A DNA stretch of 64,000 nucleotides from Candidatus Bathyarchaeota archaeon (GCA_963826715.1 CAWGYA010000008.1:928001-992000); one strand, 5' to 3'. Positions 29,676 through 40,719 are shown, counted from the first letter of the stretch. A program made the numbers and translations. Notes: generated by a model not told the origin, from the letters alone.

Positions 29676-30398
29676 ATGAAGCATCTGAAAATAACAGCAT
29701 TTGACCTTCCAGACGCATGGTTCAAAACGTTACGCAGCATCTGGAGAGACGGCGACATTTTTCGAGTGGGCTTCGGTTCAGAGGAAACCGAAACAAAAAA
29801 ACTCAACCTGTCAATTGAGATATCACACCCCGAAAACCGTCCCCTCGTCAGCGATAAGGCACCCTGCGACTTCAAATACGTGCAGGGCTATGCGCTAGAA
29901 TACTTGTGGTGTGGCGATAAGCAAGAGCAGGAAACCTACACCTACGGCAGCCGCCTCAACCATCCCGTGAATCAAGTGGAAGAAGCTGTAAAACGGTATG
30001 CGGAGGAACAGCGGGATCGCCAAGTAACAATGGTCATTCGGTTGCCCACTGATATAAAAAAGTTCGATGAAAACAACCATAAAAGCGAACCCCCATGCCT
30101 TAGCCTTATTGACACAGAAATCATGGATGAGCAAATGCATTTAACCTGCTACTTCCGAAGCTGGGATGCGTTCGGAGGGTTGCCGGCTAACATTGCTGGG
30201 TTGCAGCTCTTCAATGAGGCATTCGTTTCAGAGATTAATGAACGGGGTAACCTGTCACTTAAGACGGGCAAGCTAGTTTTTCACTCAAAAAACTGCCATA
30301 TCTATGAGCGGCAATATGGGCTTGTTAATGAACTACTGGAGCCAAAGGACAGTGCCAAAACAACCCGGTTAGCAAAAGCTCTAAAGGAAACAAGTTAA
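29676..30398 (+). CDS. thyA: Archaeal thymidylate synthase (ThyA-like)
   Basis: YTYGSRL, PPCL (catalytic Cys), FRSWD, ANI, HIY. Confidence 0.85.
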   Translation: MKHLKITAFDLPDAWFKTLRSIWRDGDIFRVGFGSEETETKKLNLSIEISHPENRPLVSDKAPCDFKYVQGYALEYLWCGDKQEQETYTYGSRLNHPVNQVEEAVKRYAEEQRDRQVTMVIRLPTDIKKFDENNHKSEPPCLSLIDTEIMDEQMHLTCYFRSWDAFGGLPANIAGLQLFNEAFVSEINERGNLSLKTGKLVFHSKNCHIYERQYGLVNELLEPKDSAKTTRLAKALKETS

Positions 30399-31768
30399 TC
30401 TACTGTTTTTTTAGTTGGGTACCTCAGTTTTTTCCATGCGGTCATGCCACCCAATACGTTACTTGTGCCTTTAAACCCGGCGCGTTCAAGGATGCTGAGC
30501 GCTATGCTACTTCTGTTCCCCACTGAGCACGTAACTGCAAGGGGCGTTTCTTTGGATATGGACTGGCTTTTTTCTGGCAATTCATAGAAGCTTATAAGTT
30601 TCGCACCTGCGATGTACCCATCCTGTGACCATTCACGGGGATCTCGAACATCCAAAAGTGAAATTTGGTTTTTTTCCATCTTATCTCGAAGTTCAGTGAC
30701 GTTTATAGTGCAAAAATTTTGGAAAGGTTTACCTGCTTCCTGCCATGCATCAATGCCTCCGCACAGGTAACCAATGATGTTATCAAATCCCAGCCTATAG
30801 AACCTTACTGCTGCTGTACTATTGTCTTCTGCTTTTTCATGTACAAAAATGACGCGTTGAGATGGGTCCATGAGCCATCCTGGATAAACACTGGTTCCTC
30901 CTAGCCACATGCTAAGTGAATTTGGAATGTGCGAACCCGCAAAAGCGTTTGGACGTCGTGTATCGACCACAATAATATTTTGTTGTTGCATTTCGTCTTC
31001 AAACTCGGATAGTGGTAGTGGCTCAGGATAATTGGGCTTACATAGCAATGGTGGACCGTTGAGATTGTATTCTTCGATTTGCTTGAAGTAGCGTGGCACA
31101 GCCAACCTCTCACTCATGGATTTTTTGACGAATTCTTTTTTACTCAATCTCAGGTAAGGATTAGTTATTTTTTCGTAGCCAATCGTTGTAGGTTCAATAC
31201 CCGTGATCTCCCCACCGCAGATGCTGCCTGCACCATGTGCGGGATAAACGAGCACTCCGCCATCAAGCTTTAGTAGCCTTTCTTGGAGACAACTATAGAG
31301 GTCTTCAGCTTGAGCTGCCCACTTATCTCTTCCGTAAAGATCCACTCGCCCTACTGAGCCCGAAAATAATGTATCCCCGGTGAAAACCATTTTTGCTTCC
31401 TCTCTCTCGAAGACGAGATAGCAAACAGACTCGTTAGTATGTCCGGGTGTGTAAATAACCTTAATTTTGAGGTTACCCAAGTTTAACGTGTCGCCGTCGG
31501 CTAGGTTATTTTCACCGTACCTGAAGGGTAACTCTTTGCTATGCCCAATCTGGGCTCCAGTCATATTCTGCAGCTCAAGTGAACCCACGACATAGTCCTC
31601 GTTTCTATGTGTCTCCAAGATATACTTGATTTTGGTACAGTCTTTAGATGCGAGTTCAGTGTAGATTTCGCAGTCTCGGCGGGGATCAATTACAACAGCT
31701 TCACCATTGCTTGCAAGGTAGTAGCTGTTGTGGGCTAAGCCCTCGGATTTCACTGTGTTAAGCATCAT
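30395..31768 (-). CDS. MBL-fold hydrolase fused to two rhodanese domains
   Basis: ETHRNEDY, TPGHT, FTGDTLF, PAHGAGS.CG, and C-terminal CSVGNRS. Confidence 0.9.
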   Translation of the reverse strand: MMLNTVKSEGLAHNSYYLASNGEAVVIDPRRDCEIYTELASKDCTKIKYILETHRNEDYVVGSLELQNMTGAQIGHSKELPFRYGENNLADGDTLNLGNLKIKVIYTPGHTNESVCYLVFEREEAKMVFTGDTLFSGSVGRVDLYGRDKWAAQAEDLYSCLQERLLKLDGGVLVYPAHGAGSICGGEITGIEPTTIGYEKITNPYLRLSKKEFVKKSMSERLAVPRYFKQIEEYNLNGPPLLCKPNYPEPLPLSEFEDEMQQQNIIVVDTRRPNAFAGSHIPNSLSMWLGGTSVYPGWLMDPSQRVIFVHEKAEDNSTAAVRFYRLGFDNIIGYLCGGIDAWQEAGKPFQNFCTINVTELRDKMEKNQISLLDVRDPREWSQDGYIAGAKLISFYELPEKSQSISKETPLAVTCSVGNRSSIALSILERAGFKGTSNVLGGMTAWKKLRYPTKKTVD

Positions 31769-32156
31769 TTTCATCACCAATAGTCTTTTCCCCAAAGAAT
31801 TCTCTTTTGTTGTTCGATATACTTTTTGTTACAGATTGCACGACTTTAACGGCGCTCAAATACTTGCTTTTCATTTGAGCACCAAATGAGCGGTTGTAAA
31901 TCATTTTTGGATATTTGTTGAAGTAGTAAACGATGCTCTTTTTTTCGATTAAGCTAATTTCTATGGGAAAGTTGTTTAGTCTAAGGTTTAGTTGGGTTTG
32001 GTTTGGGATCCCGAAGTCTAACTGTTCCCAGTTAGGTTGCAAAAATATGCCTCACCATTACCTACGTAAGAATTATAATTTAATCCTTTCTAAATCATCG
32101 TAGAACAATTAACCCTTAAAAGGGGAAAGCTGCTTTTACTTAGTGAGGATAAGTTT

Positions 32157-32678
32157 ATGGGTCACACAATGGCAACTTGGAGACTGCTAGAAGATATGAT
32201 GCTTGCCCTCAAAAAAGCAGGCGTTTTGGTGCCCACAAAAACCATAGAGGATTTGCGGGCAGCCAAATCGATGATTAAACTTTCTTGTACCGACGGCTCT
32301 CACGGTGACGCCATGCAGAAAGCTGAGGAACTCAATGCGAATGTTGAGGCTTATTTGGTGACGGAAGCCCAAAAAACCTTCGGTTCCCAACGAGTTGACG
32401 AGTGGCTGAGGCAACTTGAGGAAGCTAATATGGAAGTATGCGAGGATCCAGAAGAAGTTGAATTTGTGATGGGTGTGCCTCGACACCAAAAATGGATTAG
32501 AATAGAACCTATTGAAAATTTGACTGCAGAGAGGATAGAGCAACTTGCTAACGAGGCAAATCTTGAAATCATTCCGCAGAAGGATGGCAAACTTTTAGTT
32601 CACGGTGAAAATAGTGAAGTTAAAAATTTCATTAAAAAAATGACTGTGGTGGCTAAAGAAAAAACAGCTGATTTTTAG
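32157..32678 (+). CDS. DUF2096-family protein
   Basis: W..LEDM...LKK.G..VP.....DLR.AK...W.....GVPR..KWIRI. Confidence 0.7.
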   Translation: MGHTMATWRLLEDMMLALKKAGVLVPTKTIEDLRAAKSMIKLSCTDGSHGDAMQKAEELNANVEAYLVTEAQKTFGSQRVDEWLRQLEEANMEVCEDPEEVEFVMGVPRHQKWIRIEPIENLTAERIEQLANEANLEIIPQKDGKLLVHGENSEVKNFIKKMTVVAKEKTADF

Positions 32679-32799
32679 GTATAAACAGTACTTAAAAATG
32701 ACTACTTTTAGAAATTTGAGTAATAGAAAATTATTTTTACGATGGTTGCATTATTTTTTAAGGTTATGAGTTTAGGGTTAGAATTTATAGGCAACGGAT

Positions 32800-34092
32800 T
32801 TGCCTTTTTTTCGGAGGTACCGTCTTTTGAATCCAAACACGTCTGACAATAAATATCGGTCTGTATGGGTAAGTGCTGTACTTCCTTTTAACATTGCTTT
32901 GGGACCTGCAGCTACTTTGGTGCAGTTACTAATTCTTCACCTCAACGGTAGTGTCGTAGAAGTTGGTTTAGCTTTAACCCTCTTTAACGCGGTTGGTATT
33001 CCAGCTGCTTTGTTTTGGGGGTTTGTAACTGACCGTTTTCAACAGCGACGTCCGCTAGTCCTGGCTAGTTTTTTGGTTACTCCTTTGCTTTTGTTGTTGT
33101 TTTTGGTTGCAAATACTGGCTACTGGATCTCTTTTCTATATGCTTTGTTTTCTTTTTTTATAACCGCTTCGACTACACCACTTAACCTGCTTGTTATGGA
33201 GAACGAACAGAAATCTAAATGGGCGTCTGCATTTGCAAAATTCTCAATGATCACCAGCATTGGGCAAACGATTGGTTTACTCTTGAGTATGATTTGGTTA
33301 TTCTATGTTCCCCTCGTATACTTAGTTGTCCCACTGGCGATTTTATCTTTGGTTTCAGCGTTTTTAGCTACTTTTCTGATCAAAGAACCTGCAGTACCTT
33401 TTGAGCGTCAGATATTAGTCATGCATAAACAAAGCTTCTTCAATAGACTTCGGTATTTGCCATACATATTCCTGAAAATCCCAGTTCGTCATGACTTTAA
33501 TCGTGTTTTCAGGAACATACGCCATGAACTTCTCAGGGCGACAGGTCTACTTTACATGGCTATCTTCGGTTTTTTCCTCTCTGCAGGTATCTTTAACACT
33601 TCATTGGTTCCAGCTTTGGATGCCAACGGATTATCAGAATTGTTGGTTTTTTCAGTCATTCTAGCAGGCTTGGTTATACAAATAATATCTTTTAGGTTTT
33701 CAGGCCCATATACCGAACGTAAATCACCTGTTAAAAGTGCCGTTTGGGGACTGTTACTCAGAGCTATAGGTTATGGATTGATTGGTGTGTTTGCTTATTT
33801 CCTAACAGGTTTTTGGTTTTTGCTTCCAGTTCTGCTTTTTTATCCGCTTTCTTCTGGAATTGCTTACTCTATTTACTACACTGCTTCAAACACCATGGTT
33901 TTCAACTCACTCAGCCCAGGCCGTAACGGTTCACATTTGGGTGTTTACAGTGCACTGGCTGGTTCCGCAACAATGCTGGGATCATTCTTTTCAGGATTTT
34001 TGTCATATTATTGGGGTTTCTATGCGACGTTTATTATTTCTGCTGTCTGTTTGTTGGTCTCAGCTTGGCTACTAACTCTCACTAATCGATAA
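32800..34092 (+). CDS. MFS transporter
   Basis: About 12 TM helices and motif A WGFVTDRFQQRR. Confidence 0.88.
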   Translation: MPFFRRYRLLNPNTSDNKYRSVWVSAVLPFNIALGPAATLVQLLILHLNGSVVEVGLALTLFNAVGIPAALFWGFVTDRFQQRRPLVLASFLVTPLLLLLFLVANTGYWISFLYALFSFFITASTTPLNLLVMENEQKSKWASAFAKFSMITSIGQTIGLLLSMIWLFYVPLVYLVVPLAILSLVSAFLATFLIKEPAVPFERQILVMHKQSFFNRLRYLPYIFLKIPVRHDFNRVFRNIRHELLRATGLLYMAIFGFFLSAGIFNTSLVPALDANGLSELLVFSVILAGLVIQIISFRFSGPYTERKSPVKSAVWGLLLRAIGYGLIGVFAYFLTGFWFLLPVLLFYPLSSGIAYSIYYTASNTMVFNSLSPGRNGSHLGVYSALAGSATMLGSFFSGFLSYYWGFYATFIISAVCLLVSAWLLTLTNR

Positions 34093-34272
34093 CAAAAAAA
34101 CAAAGAGATTACAATTCACTTTATAGTGCCTAAATGATGTATACTATTTTGAATTTAAAATGTTTTCAATAGATTTTTTTTACTATTAATAGGGTCTTCA
34201 AACTTCACTCCACTATTTCCTCTTCGATACATTTTTACGTCTAGATCAATGAGCTAAGGTATGTGAGCCTAT

Positions 34273-35499
34273 ATGATTAGGAAGCTGTTGACGATCGAAG
34301 AAGCTAAACGCGTTATTGAAGCCAACTTTAGAGTTGATGCTTTGGAAGTGGAGGTTGCAGTATTGATGGAAGCTTACAATCGTGTGCTAGCTGAAGATAT
34401 AGTTGCAGACTTTGAAATTCCTTCATTTGATCTTTCCATTGTAGGTGGTTACGCTGTTAGGGCAGCCGATGTGTTTAGTGCGTCGGAGGATGTTCCTTTG
34501 ACGCTTAAAGTAGTAGATTATATAGCCACAGGTGAAATCCCTAAAACTTCATATGCGCCTGGTGACGTAGTTGAGGTTGCTGCTGGCGTCCTTCTTCCAG
34601 ACAGTACAGATGCTGTGGTTGCTTTCGAAAATGCAGAGCGGGACGATGACGCTGTTCACTTCTTTGGCTCGGTCGCTGCAGGTGAGAATGTGCGAAGGCA
34701 TGGTAGCGATATCCAAAAGGGCGCGGTTGTATTCAAAGAGGGGCAGGTTTTGGGTGCTGCCGAAATTGGTGTCCTCGCAGCTTTGGGTTTAGGACAGGTT
34801 AAGGTTAAAAAATTACCTATCATCGCGGTTTTTTCCATTGGTGAGGAAGTTAGTGAACTCGTAGAATCTTTGCCAGCAGGAAAAAACTTTGACGTTAGTG
34901 GTTTTTGTCTATGCACCGCGGTTATGGAGTGCGGAGGCAAACCATTCTATTTCGGAGTAGTTCCGGATGAATTAGTATCCTTGAGGAATGTTCTTGATGT
35001 GGTTTTGTCTTCGTCTGATATGATTTTAGTTTGTGGTGGTTTGAATGTGATTGAAGTTATGTCTTCTTCAGGTAAACCAGGTTTGATAGTGAATGGTGTT
35101 GCCGCTAAACCAGGAAAATCCTTCTCAGCGGCTTTTGTGGATAAAAAGCCGATTCTGTTGTTGCCAAATGAACCATCTGCAGCGTTGTTGATGTATCATT
35201 TGTTTGCTCGATCAATAGTTCAGCGGCTGGCGGGTCGCCCGGTTTCGGGTCTGCGATCAGTTGCTGCCTTTGCCAGTGCACATATGTTCAGTGCAAAGGG
35301 GAGTCGTACGTTTGCTTTAGTTAAATTGATGTTTGATGAGAAATGTCGTTTGATTGCTGAACCTATAAAATCAGAAGGTTCTGTTTCCACGTTGATTGAT
35401 ACAGATGGGTTTGTTGAGATTGCTGAAAATGAAGCATATGTAAATATAGATCAACAAGTTACGGTGCAACTTTTTCGTGGGTACGCTGGTAGAACTTAA
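34273..35499 (+). CDS. moeA: MoeA-family protein with degenerate catalytic motifs
   Basis: RVLAEDI, GENVRR.GSDI, AAKPGKS and DGFVEI are kept; several catalytic motifs are altered. Confidence 0.8.
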   Translation: MIRKLLTIEEAKRVIEANFRVDALEVEVAVLMEAYNRVLAEDIVADFEIPSFDLSIVGGYAVRAADVFSASEDVPLTLKVVDYIATGEIPKTSYAPGDVVEVAAGVLLPDSTDAVVAFENAERDDDAVHFFGSVAAGENVRRHGSDIQKGAVVFKEGQVLGAAEIGVLAALGLGQVKVKKLPIIAVFSIGEEVSELVESLPAGKNFDVSGFCLCTAVMECGGKPFYFGVVPDELVSLRNVLDVVLSSSDMILVCGGLNVIEVMSSSGKPGLIVNGVAAKPGKSFSAAFVDKKPILLLPNEPSAALLMYHLFARSIVQRLAGRPVSGLRSVAAFASAHMFSAKGSRTFALVKLMFDEKCRLIAEPIKSEGSVSTLIDTDGFVEIAENEAYVNIDQQVTVQLFRGYAGRT

Positions 35500-35840
35500 A
35501 GGTCTTTTTTCAGTGCCGCATAATAAGTGAATATCCAGGTGAGTAGTGCGTAGCTAACCATGCTTATAGCAACGATGATGTTGCTGAAGCCCACTGCGTA
35601 TAGGGTATACAAGGAAAAAACGGTGTTTGTTACTAGCAGAACAAAAATTAACCAAGGTGCCCAAGGGCGTTTTCGCAACAGACTATAGGCTACGATTAGG
35701 CTAAATATGCCTATAAAGCCCAGATGCGGCGGATAACCCGACAGCGGCAGAAACGATAGTAATAATGCGCCCGTGACCGCATAAAAGATGGCGGCTAAGA
35801 ACTGGGCTTGGTTGTGGTTTTTAAGATAAGCCTGTAACAA
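35496..35840 (-). CDS. Small 4-TM hypothetical membrane protein
   Basis: Four hydrophobic segments; fills the gap convergent with moeA. Confidence 0.65.
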   Translation of the reverse strand: MLQAYLKNHNQAQFLAAIFYAVTGALLLSFLPLSGYPPHLGFIGIFSLIVAYSLLRKRPWAPWLIFVLLVTNTVFSLYTLYAVGFSNIIVAISMVSYALLTWIFTYYAALKKDL

Positions 35841-36085
35841 TATGCTTCTGCCTACCTTTATGCTGGGTGGGCTAAATTTATAAGTTTAATGTATGTTCGA
35901 TTTAGAATCAATTTGTTTGGATTTCCAGTTCTAGATGCTTTTTGGAGCACGGGCGGTAGAGTTTGTTCTTATTGAGTTTCTGTGTTCCCAAGCTGAGATA
36001 TCCGTGGAAATGCTATTTTCTTGCACAATTGATATTTATAGCCAGATAAAGCATACTCAGATGTTCTTAGAAGGGCGAGGGCATT

Positions 36086-36751
36086 ATGAGCTGTGTAGGA
36101 CCAATTCTAGCAACACTAAAGGAAACGTTGCCTATGCCTACCCTCGTTAAAGATAACCAAGATCCATTTGAGACGCTAATTGTAACAATTATTTCGCAGA
36201 ACACAGCAGACATTAACACCGAACGTGCTTTTGGCAACCTGAAGGGCCGCTTTGAAATCTCGCCCTTAGGTTTGGCATATGTGGGGTTAGGTGAAATCGA
36301 AGAATGCCTTCATATTGGTGGACTTTACAGGAGTAAGGCTAAAGTCATCCAGAATGTGTCTAAAATTGTCTTGAAGAAATTCGGAGGAGACCTTAAATCC
36401 ATCCTTAACCTGCCTTTAGAAGAGGCACGGAAAACCTTCATGTCAATGCCTGGAATAGGTCCTAAAACCGCAGATGTTGTGCTGCTATTTGCTGCTGGTA
36501 AATCCACATTACCGGTGGATACGCATGTTAACAGAGTTTCCAAACGCATGGGACTTGCACCAGCAAACGGCGATTATGAGGTGGTGAGGCAGAGTCTGCA
36601 GTCTCTTTTTGAACCAAAAGATTTCCTATCAGTACATCTATTACTGATTGCTCTTGGAAGGAAGGTCTGTAAAGCCCAAAAGCCTCTTTGTTGTATCTGC
36701 CCAGTAAAAGCCTATTGCCCCTCGAAGGTTTCGGAGGAAAATTATGAGTAA
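36086..36751 (+). CDS. nth: Endonuclease III
   Basis: DPFETLI.TIISQNT, HhH PGIGPKTA, VDTH, C-x6-C-x2-C-x5-C. Confidence 0.93.
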   Translation: MSCVGPILATLKETLPMPTLVKDNQDPFETLIVTIISQNTADINTERAFGNLKGRFEISPLGLAYVGLGEIEECLHIGGLYRSKAKVIQNVSKIVLKKFGGDLKSILNLPLEEARKTFMSMPGIGPKTADVVLLFAAGKSTLPVDTHVNRVSKRMGLAPANGDYEVVRQSLQSLFEPKDFLSVHLLLIALGRKVCKAQKPLCCICPVKAYCPSKVSEENYE

Positions 36752-38672
36752 ACTTCCTGTTGAAGTTGCTGAGTACTTTCCTTACGGAAGTGTGCGTCCG
36801 CACCAAGATGACTTCATAGCAACCGTTAACCAGGCTGTCAACGATCGCAAGAGTGTACTCATTGAGGGCACTAACGGGTTAGGTAAAACCATATCCTCTC
36901 TCTCCGCTGTGTTGCCGATTGCCGTTAAGAAAAACCTAAAAATTCTTTACGTCGCTCGTACTCACCGGCAGCATGACCGCGTTATCGAGGAGCTTCGGGC
37001 TGTGTATAAGCGTCGCCCAGTTACAGGCGTCTCAATCCGAGGCAGAAACGAGATGTGCCTTAATGTTTTTGCTGCCAATGGAGCATTCGATTCAAAATCT
37101 TTAATGGAAGTCTGCGAGCTTCTCAAAGCCAAAGGTCGGTGTCCTTTTTACGTCAACGTGGAAGAACGTACCTACGATTATCTGCAACTTCAGAAGCAAA
37201 TCGCCAGCCGCCCCTACATGGGCTCAGAAATCCTCAAGGTATGTACAAAAAAAGAACTCTGTGCTTACGAACTGGTGAAGGGCGCAGTTTCTGATGCAAG
37301 GGTTATTGCACTGAGCTACCTTTACATGTTCGATCCCCAAATTCGTACACCTTTTCTCAAAAACCTGGAAACAGACCTCTCAAAAATTATTCTAGTGGTG
37401 GATGAGGCGCATAATCTGCCTGAAACAGCTATAGACATTTCCAGCAACCAACTGACACTATTCGTGCTAAAGGCAGCCGAGATGGAAGCGGAAAAATTCG
37501 GCTACAAAGACATTGAGCAATTCACACACTTCTTCCGTCTCGAAGTGGATAAGCTCACAGATAGAATCAGCAAAGAAGAAATCATCCCGCCTAGCCACAT
37601 TATCGAAATCGTGGAGAAGCAGGGCAATATCTCAAAGCCCCGTGAGTTCTTTGAACATATTCATGAAGCAGGTATGGCAATCAAAAAGGCATTGCTTGCT
37701 GAGGGCAAAAATCCCCGTTCTTACGTCAACTCACTTGGAGAGTTTCTACAAAAATGGTTAGATACTATTGGCGATGACGCCTACATTAATGTGGCTAGCA
37801 AATACTTCAATAAAGACAATAACAAAACGGCTAAACTTGAAATTGTAGCGCTTGATCCCGCTAAAATCACTGAACCCGTTTTTTCTGCAACCTACGCTAA
37901 CGTGATTATGTCGGGAACGCTACAGCCGCTTGAAGCTTTCGCACGAATCACTAAGCTGCCTCCAAATACAGTGCATTTCCTAGCATCCTCCCCGTTTCCA
38001 CAGGAGCACGTTTTCTCGGCGGTATGTATGGGTGTGACTACCTCGATGGAGAAGCGAACGCCAAAGATGTACCAAAACATGATTGATCGCATAAACGAAG
38101 TTGTCAATAGTACCCCCACTAATACCGGCATCTTCGCTGCGTCTTTTCAAGTTCTAAACTCCCTTCTTTCCGAGGGTTTAGAGAATCAACTACTAAAACC
38201 ATTGTTTTACGAAAAAAGTGGTATGACTTCCAAATCCAACGAGAAACTGGTGGGGGAGTTCAAAGCTTGTGGTGACCGGGGCGGAGCAGTTTTTTTGGGT
38301 GTTCAGGGCGGACGGACTTCGGAGGGTGTAGATTTTCCCGGAAACCAAATGAATTCAGTGGTAGTTGTCGGGGTGCCATATGCAGAGCCAACTCCAAGGG
38401 TGAAAGCACAAATTGAATATTACGAGAAACATTTTCCGGGGCATGGCCGAGAATATGGATACATTTTGCCCGCTATGAAAAAAGCCTCACAGGCGGCCGG
38501 CAGACCTATTCGGACGCTTGACGATAAAGGAGCCATTGTCTTTTTGGATTATCGTTTCGGCAGCGCTTACTGCAAAAGCTTTTTGCCTTCATGGATAACC
38601 ACCGGCATGAAAACTATAATAGATAAACCTGGCCTTTTGGCAGAGGACGTTCGTAGGTTCTTTACTGGTTAA
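36744..38672 (+). CDS. xpd: XPD/Rad3 Fe-S DNA helicase
   Basis: GLGKT, ARTH.Q, Fe-S cysteines, DEAH, SGTL, SEGVDF, QAAGRPIR. Confidence 0.93.
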   Translation: MSKLPVEVAEYFPYGSVRPHQDDFIATVNQAVNDRKSVLIEGTNGLGKTISSLSAVLPIAVKKNLKILYVARTHRQHDRVIEELRAVYKRRPVTGVSIRGRNEMCLNVFAANGAFDSKSLMEVCELLKAKGRCPFYVNVEERTYDYLQLQKQIASRPYMGSEILKVCTKKELCAYELVKGAVSDARVIALSYLYMFDPQIRTPFLKNLETDLSKIILVVDEAHNLPETAIDISSNQLTLFVLKAAEMEAEKFGYKDIEQFTHFFRLEVDKLTDRISKEEIIPPSHIIEIVEKQGNISKPREFFEHIHEAGMAIKKALLAEGKNPRSYVNSLGEFLQKWLDTIGDDAYINVASKYFNKDNNKTAKLEIVALDPAKITEPVFSATYANVIMSGTLQPLEAFARITKLPPNTVHFLASSPFPQEHVFSAVCMGVTTSMEKRTPKMYQNMIDRINEVVNSTPTNTGIFAASFQVLNSLLSEGLENQLLKPLFYEKSGMTSKSNEKLVGEFKACGDRGGAVFLGVQGGRTSEGVDFPGNQMNSVVVVGVPYAEPTPRVKAQIEYYEKHFPGHGREYGYILPAMKKASQAAGRPIRTLDDKGAIVFLDYRFGSAYCKSFLPSWITTGMKTIIDKPGLLAEDVRRFFTG

Positions 38673-39754
38673 TCCTCAAGTTCCTGGAGTTTACGGTTTA
38701 ATAGTACCTTTCCAAAAACAACTCGTTGAGGCGTGGTTGTGATCGCAGTTTGTATCTTTAGCACGTGTCTACTAACGTTGACCGCCCGAAGGATACCGAT
38801 TCCCAGAAACTTTGTTCTATGCCCATATAAACCAACTAGAACACCTTTTTCGGGTTCCTGTTTCTTTGGTACTGCGTTTCTTGGCTCCACCTTTATTTGG
38901 CTAAGCGGATAACATTGAATTTTGGCGTTTTTTAGGTAGCGCGTGTATGTCATTTCACGTAGGACCTTACGTTTTTCTGGAGTCCGCATGTTCAAAGCAT
39001 CGGAGGACTTAACTAACATTATCGGTTGAGTAAGCTTTGCCCTTAAAGGTTCCAGTTCATTTTGAACCTGAATACCCACCACCAAATCAGGTTTCAGAAC
39101 CTCGATTAACGCAATTTTATAATCAACGGCGTCTTCGTTGCTGATCCAACCGTCTGTATTAATTAAAATATAATCAGCCTGCCGCTGGCAAATCTCCGTT
39201 AGTATCGATTTTAATCCCTCGATGATTTTGGAAGTAGCCGAAACAGGCGAAATGACCCCGAGGAAGTAGCCATTTTGAAGTTTTAAACGATAGAGCTCAG
39301 TAATCTGCTTAGATGCGATGCCATACCCAACGCTCGCGGATGGACCGATGTCGGATTGTCCAAAGTCGCCATCCAATACTGCCACTCTGCCTTTGTTTTC
39401 TATGAGTTTGTTGAAGAGGTAAGTGCAGAAACTGCTTTTTCCTGAATCAGAAGTGCCAATAACCATGATGATAGTAGGTTTTTTCTCTGTTTCTCGCAAG
39501 ACTTGGATGGGATGATTCCATGATTCGGGGATGGTGTTTCCTTCAAACTCCTTCATGGTTGCGTTTGCGCCCAGCATCACTTCCACTTCTGAAGTTTCTA
39601 TCGCATGAAAGGCCATCCTTTTTCCGGTGCGGACAACCACAAGCTGGGCTTCTTTGATGGGGTAACCAAAAACTTCAGTTTTTCCAGAAACTAGGCAAAC
39701 TGATGCTGGACCATCGACTAGCAGAGTTCTATTTGGTTGAATGGTTTGCCTCAA
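38669..39754 (-). CDS. Clp1/Grc3-family polynucleotide 5'-kinase
   Basis: GTSDSGKSS, DGDFGQSDIGP, INTDGW. Confidence 0.88.
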   Translation of the reverse strand: MRQTIQPNRTLLVDGPASVCLVSGKTEVFGYPIKEAQLVVVRTGKRMAFHAIETSEVEVMLGANATMKEFEGNTIPESWNHPIQVLRETEKKPTIIMVIGTSDSGKSSFCTYLFNKLIENKGRVAVLDGDFGQSDIGPSASVGYGIASKQITELYRLKLQNGYFLGVISPVSATSKIIEGLKSILTEICQRQADYILINTDGWISNEDAVDYKIALIEVLKPDLVVGIQVQNELEPLRAKLTQPIMLVKSSDALNMRTPEKRKVLREMTYTRYLKNAKIQCYPLSQIKVEPRNAVPKKQEPEKGVLVGLYGHRTKFLGIGILRAVNVSRHVLKIQTAITTTPQRVVFGKVLLNRKLQELED

Positions 39755-40014
39755 GGTCTTTTATCCTCGTCACTTTGATTCCTGTTCTCTCAGCAATACG
39801 GGTAGCAGAAGATATATGTCTAATCTTTCTGGGGTGCCTCATTGCTTCGTATGAGGTCGTTGGGTCCCTGATTTCTACACCGCCACTCCTGTATGTGAAA
39901 GTAGGTTATACCATTCGCTGCTGCAATGGCAATTTTTCTTTCATAAAACAATCCTTAATGTTTAAGTGCAAAACAGATATTTTATTTTCAAGCTAATAAT
40001 GTAGACGTGAAAGC

Positions 40015-40713
40015 ATGACGCAAACTTCCACTGGCATTGAATGCATCGATAATAGCATCGGAGGAGGTATCTCACCCCAAACAATTACTTTGATTTATGG
40101 GGAACCTGAAACTGGAAAATCTACTCTATCAATACAATGTGCTGCCCACTTCGCCGAGAGAAATTGTAAGGTGCTCTATTTAGACTGTGACAATACATTT
40201 TCAGCAAAGCGGCTTTCGCAACTAGTTAACGACCAATTCGACTTTATTGCCGAACGGATTATGCTAGTTAAACCCAGAGATTTTCGAGAACAAACTGCTG
40301 TGATTGATCGAATAGAAGATTACACCTTCAACGTGGGTTTAATCGTGATTGATACTTTTACCTCGCTCTATAGTGCCCAAGCCGCTTGTTACTCTAAAGC
40401 GTACAGTGTAAATCGAGAGTTAAACAGGCAACTTGCTATCTTGGCACAAACCGTGAAAACCCGAAAAATCCCGCTTATCTTAACCAGCCAAGTCCGTAGC
40501 ATCGTAACTGAGGAAAATTCAAATGTGAGACCTGTGGCAACTCGGGTTCTCAAATTCTGGGCGGACACAATTATCGCGCTTAAACCTACTGAATATCCTC
40601 AAATAGTTAAAGCAACAGTTGAAAAATCACCCCAACTCATTTCTCAAACTGTGTGCTACATACAAATAGGACAATCGGGAATAAATGAAACACAATTCCC
40701 CAAGTATGGTTGA
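40015..40713 (+). CDS. radB: DNA repair protein RadB
   Basis: Short RecA core without the RadA N-domain; YGEPETGKST, IVID, TSQVR. Confidence 0.85.
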   Translation: MTQTSTGIECIDNSIGGGISPQTITLIYGEPETGKSTLSIQCAAHFAERNCKVLYLDCDNTFSAKRLSQLVNDQFDFIAERIMLVKPRDFREQTAVIDRIEDYTFNVGLIVIDTFTSLYSAQAACYSKAYSVNRELNRQLAILAQTVKTRKIPLILTSQVRSIVTEENSNVRPVATRVLKFWADTIIALKPTEYPQIVKATVEKSPQLISQTVCYIQIGQSGINETQFPKYG

Positions 40714-40719
40714 ACCTAA

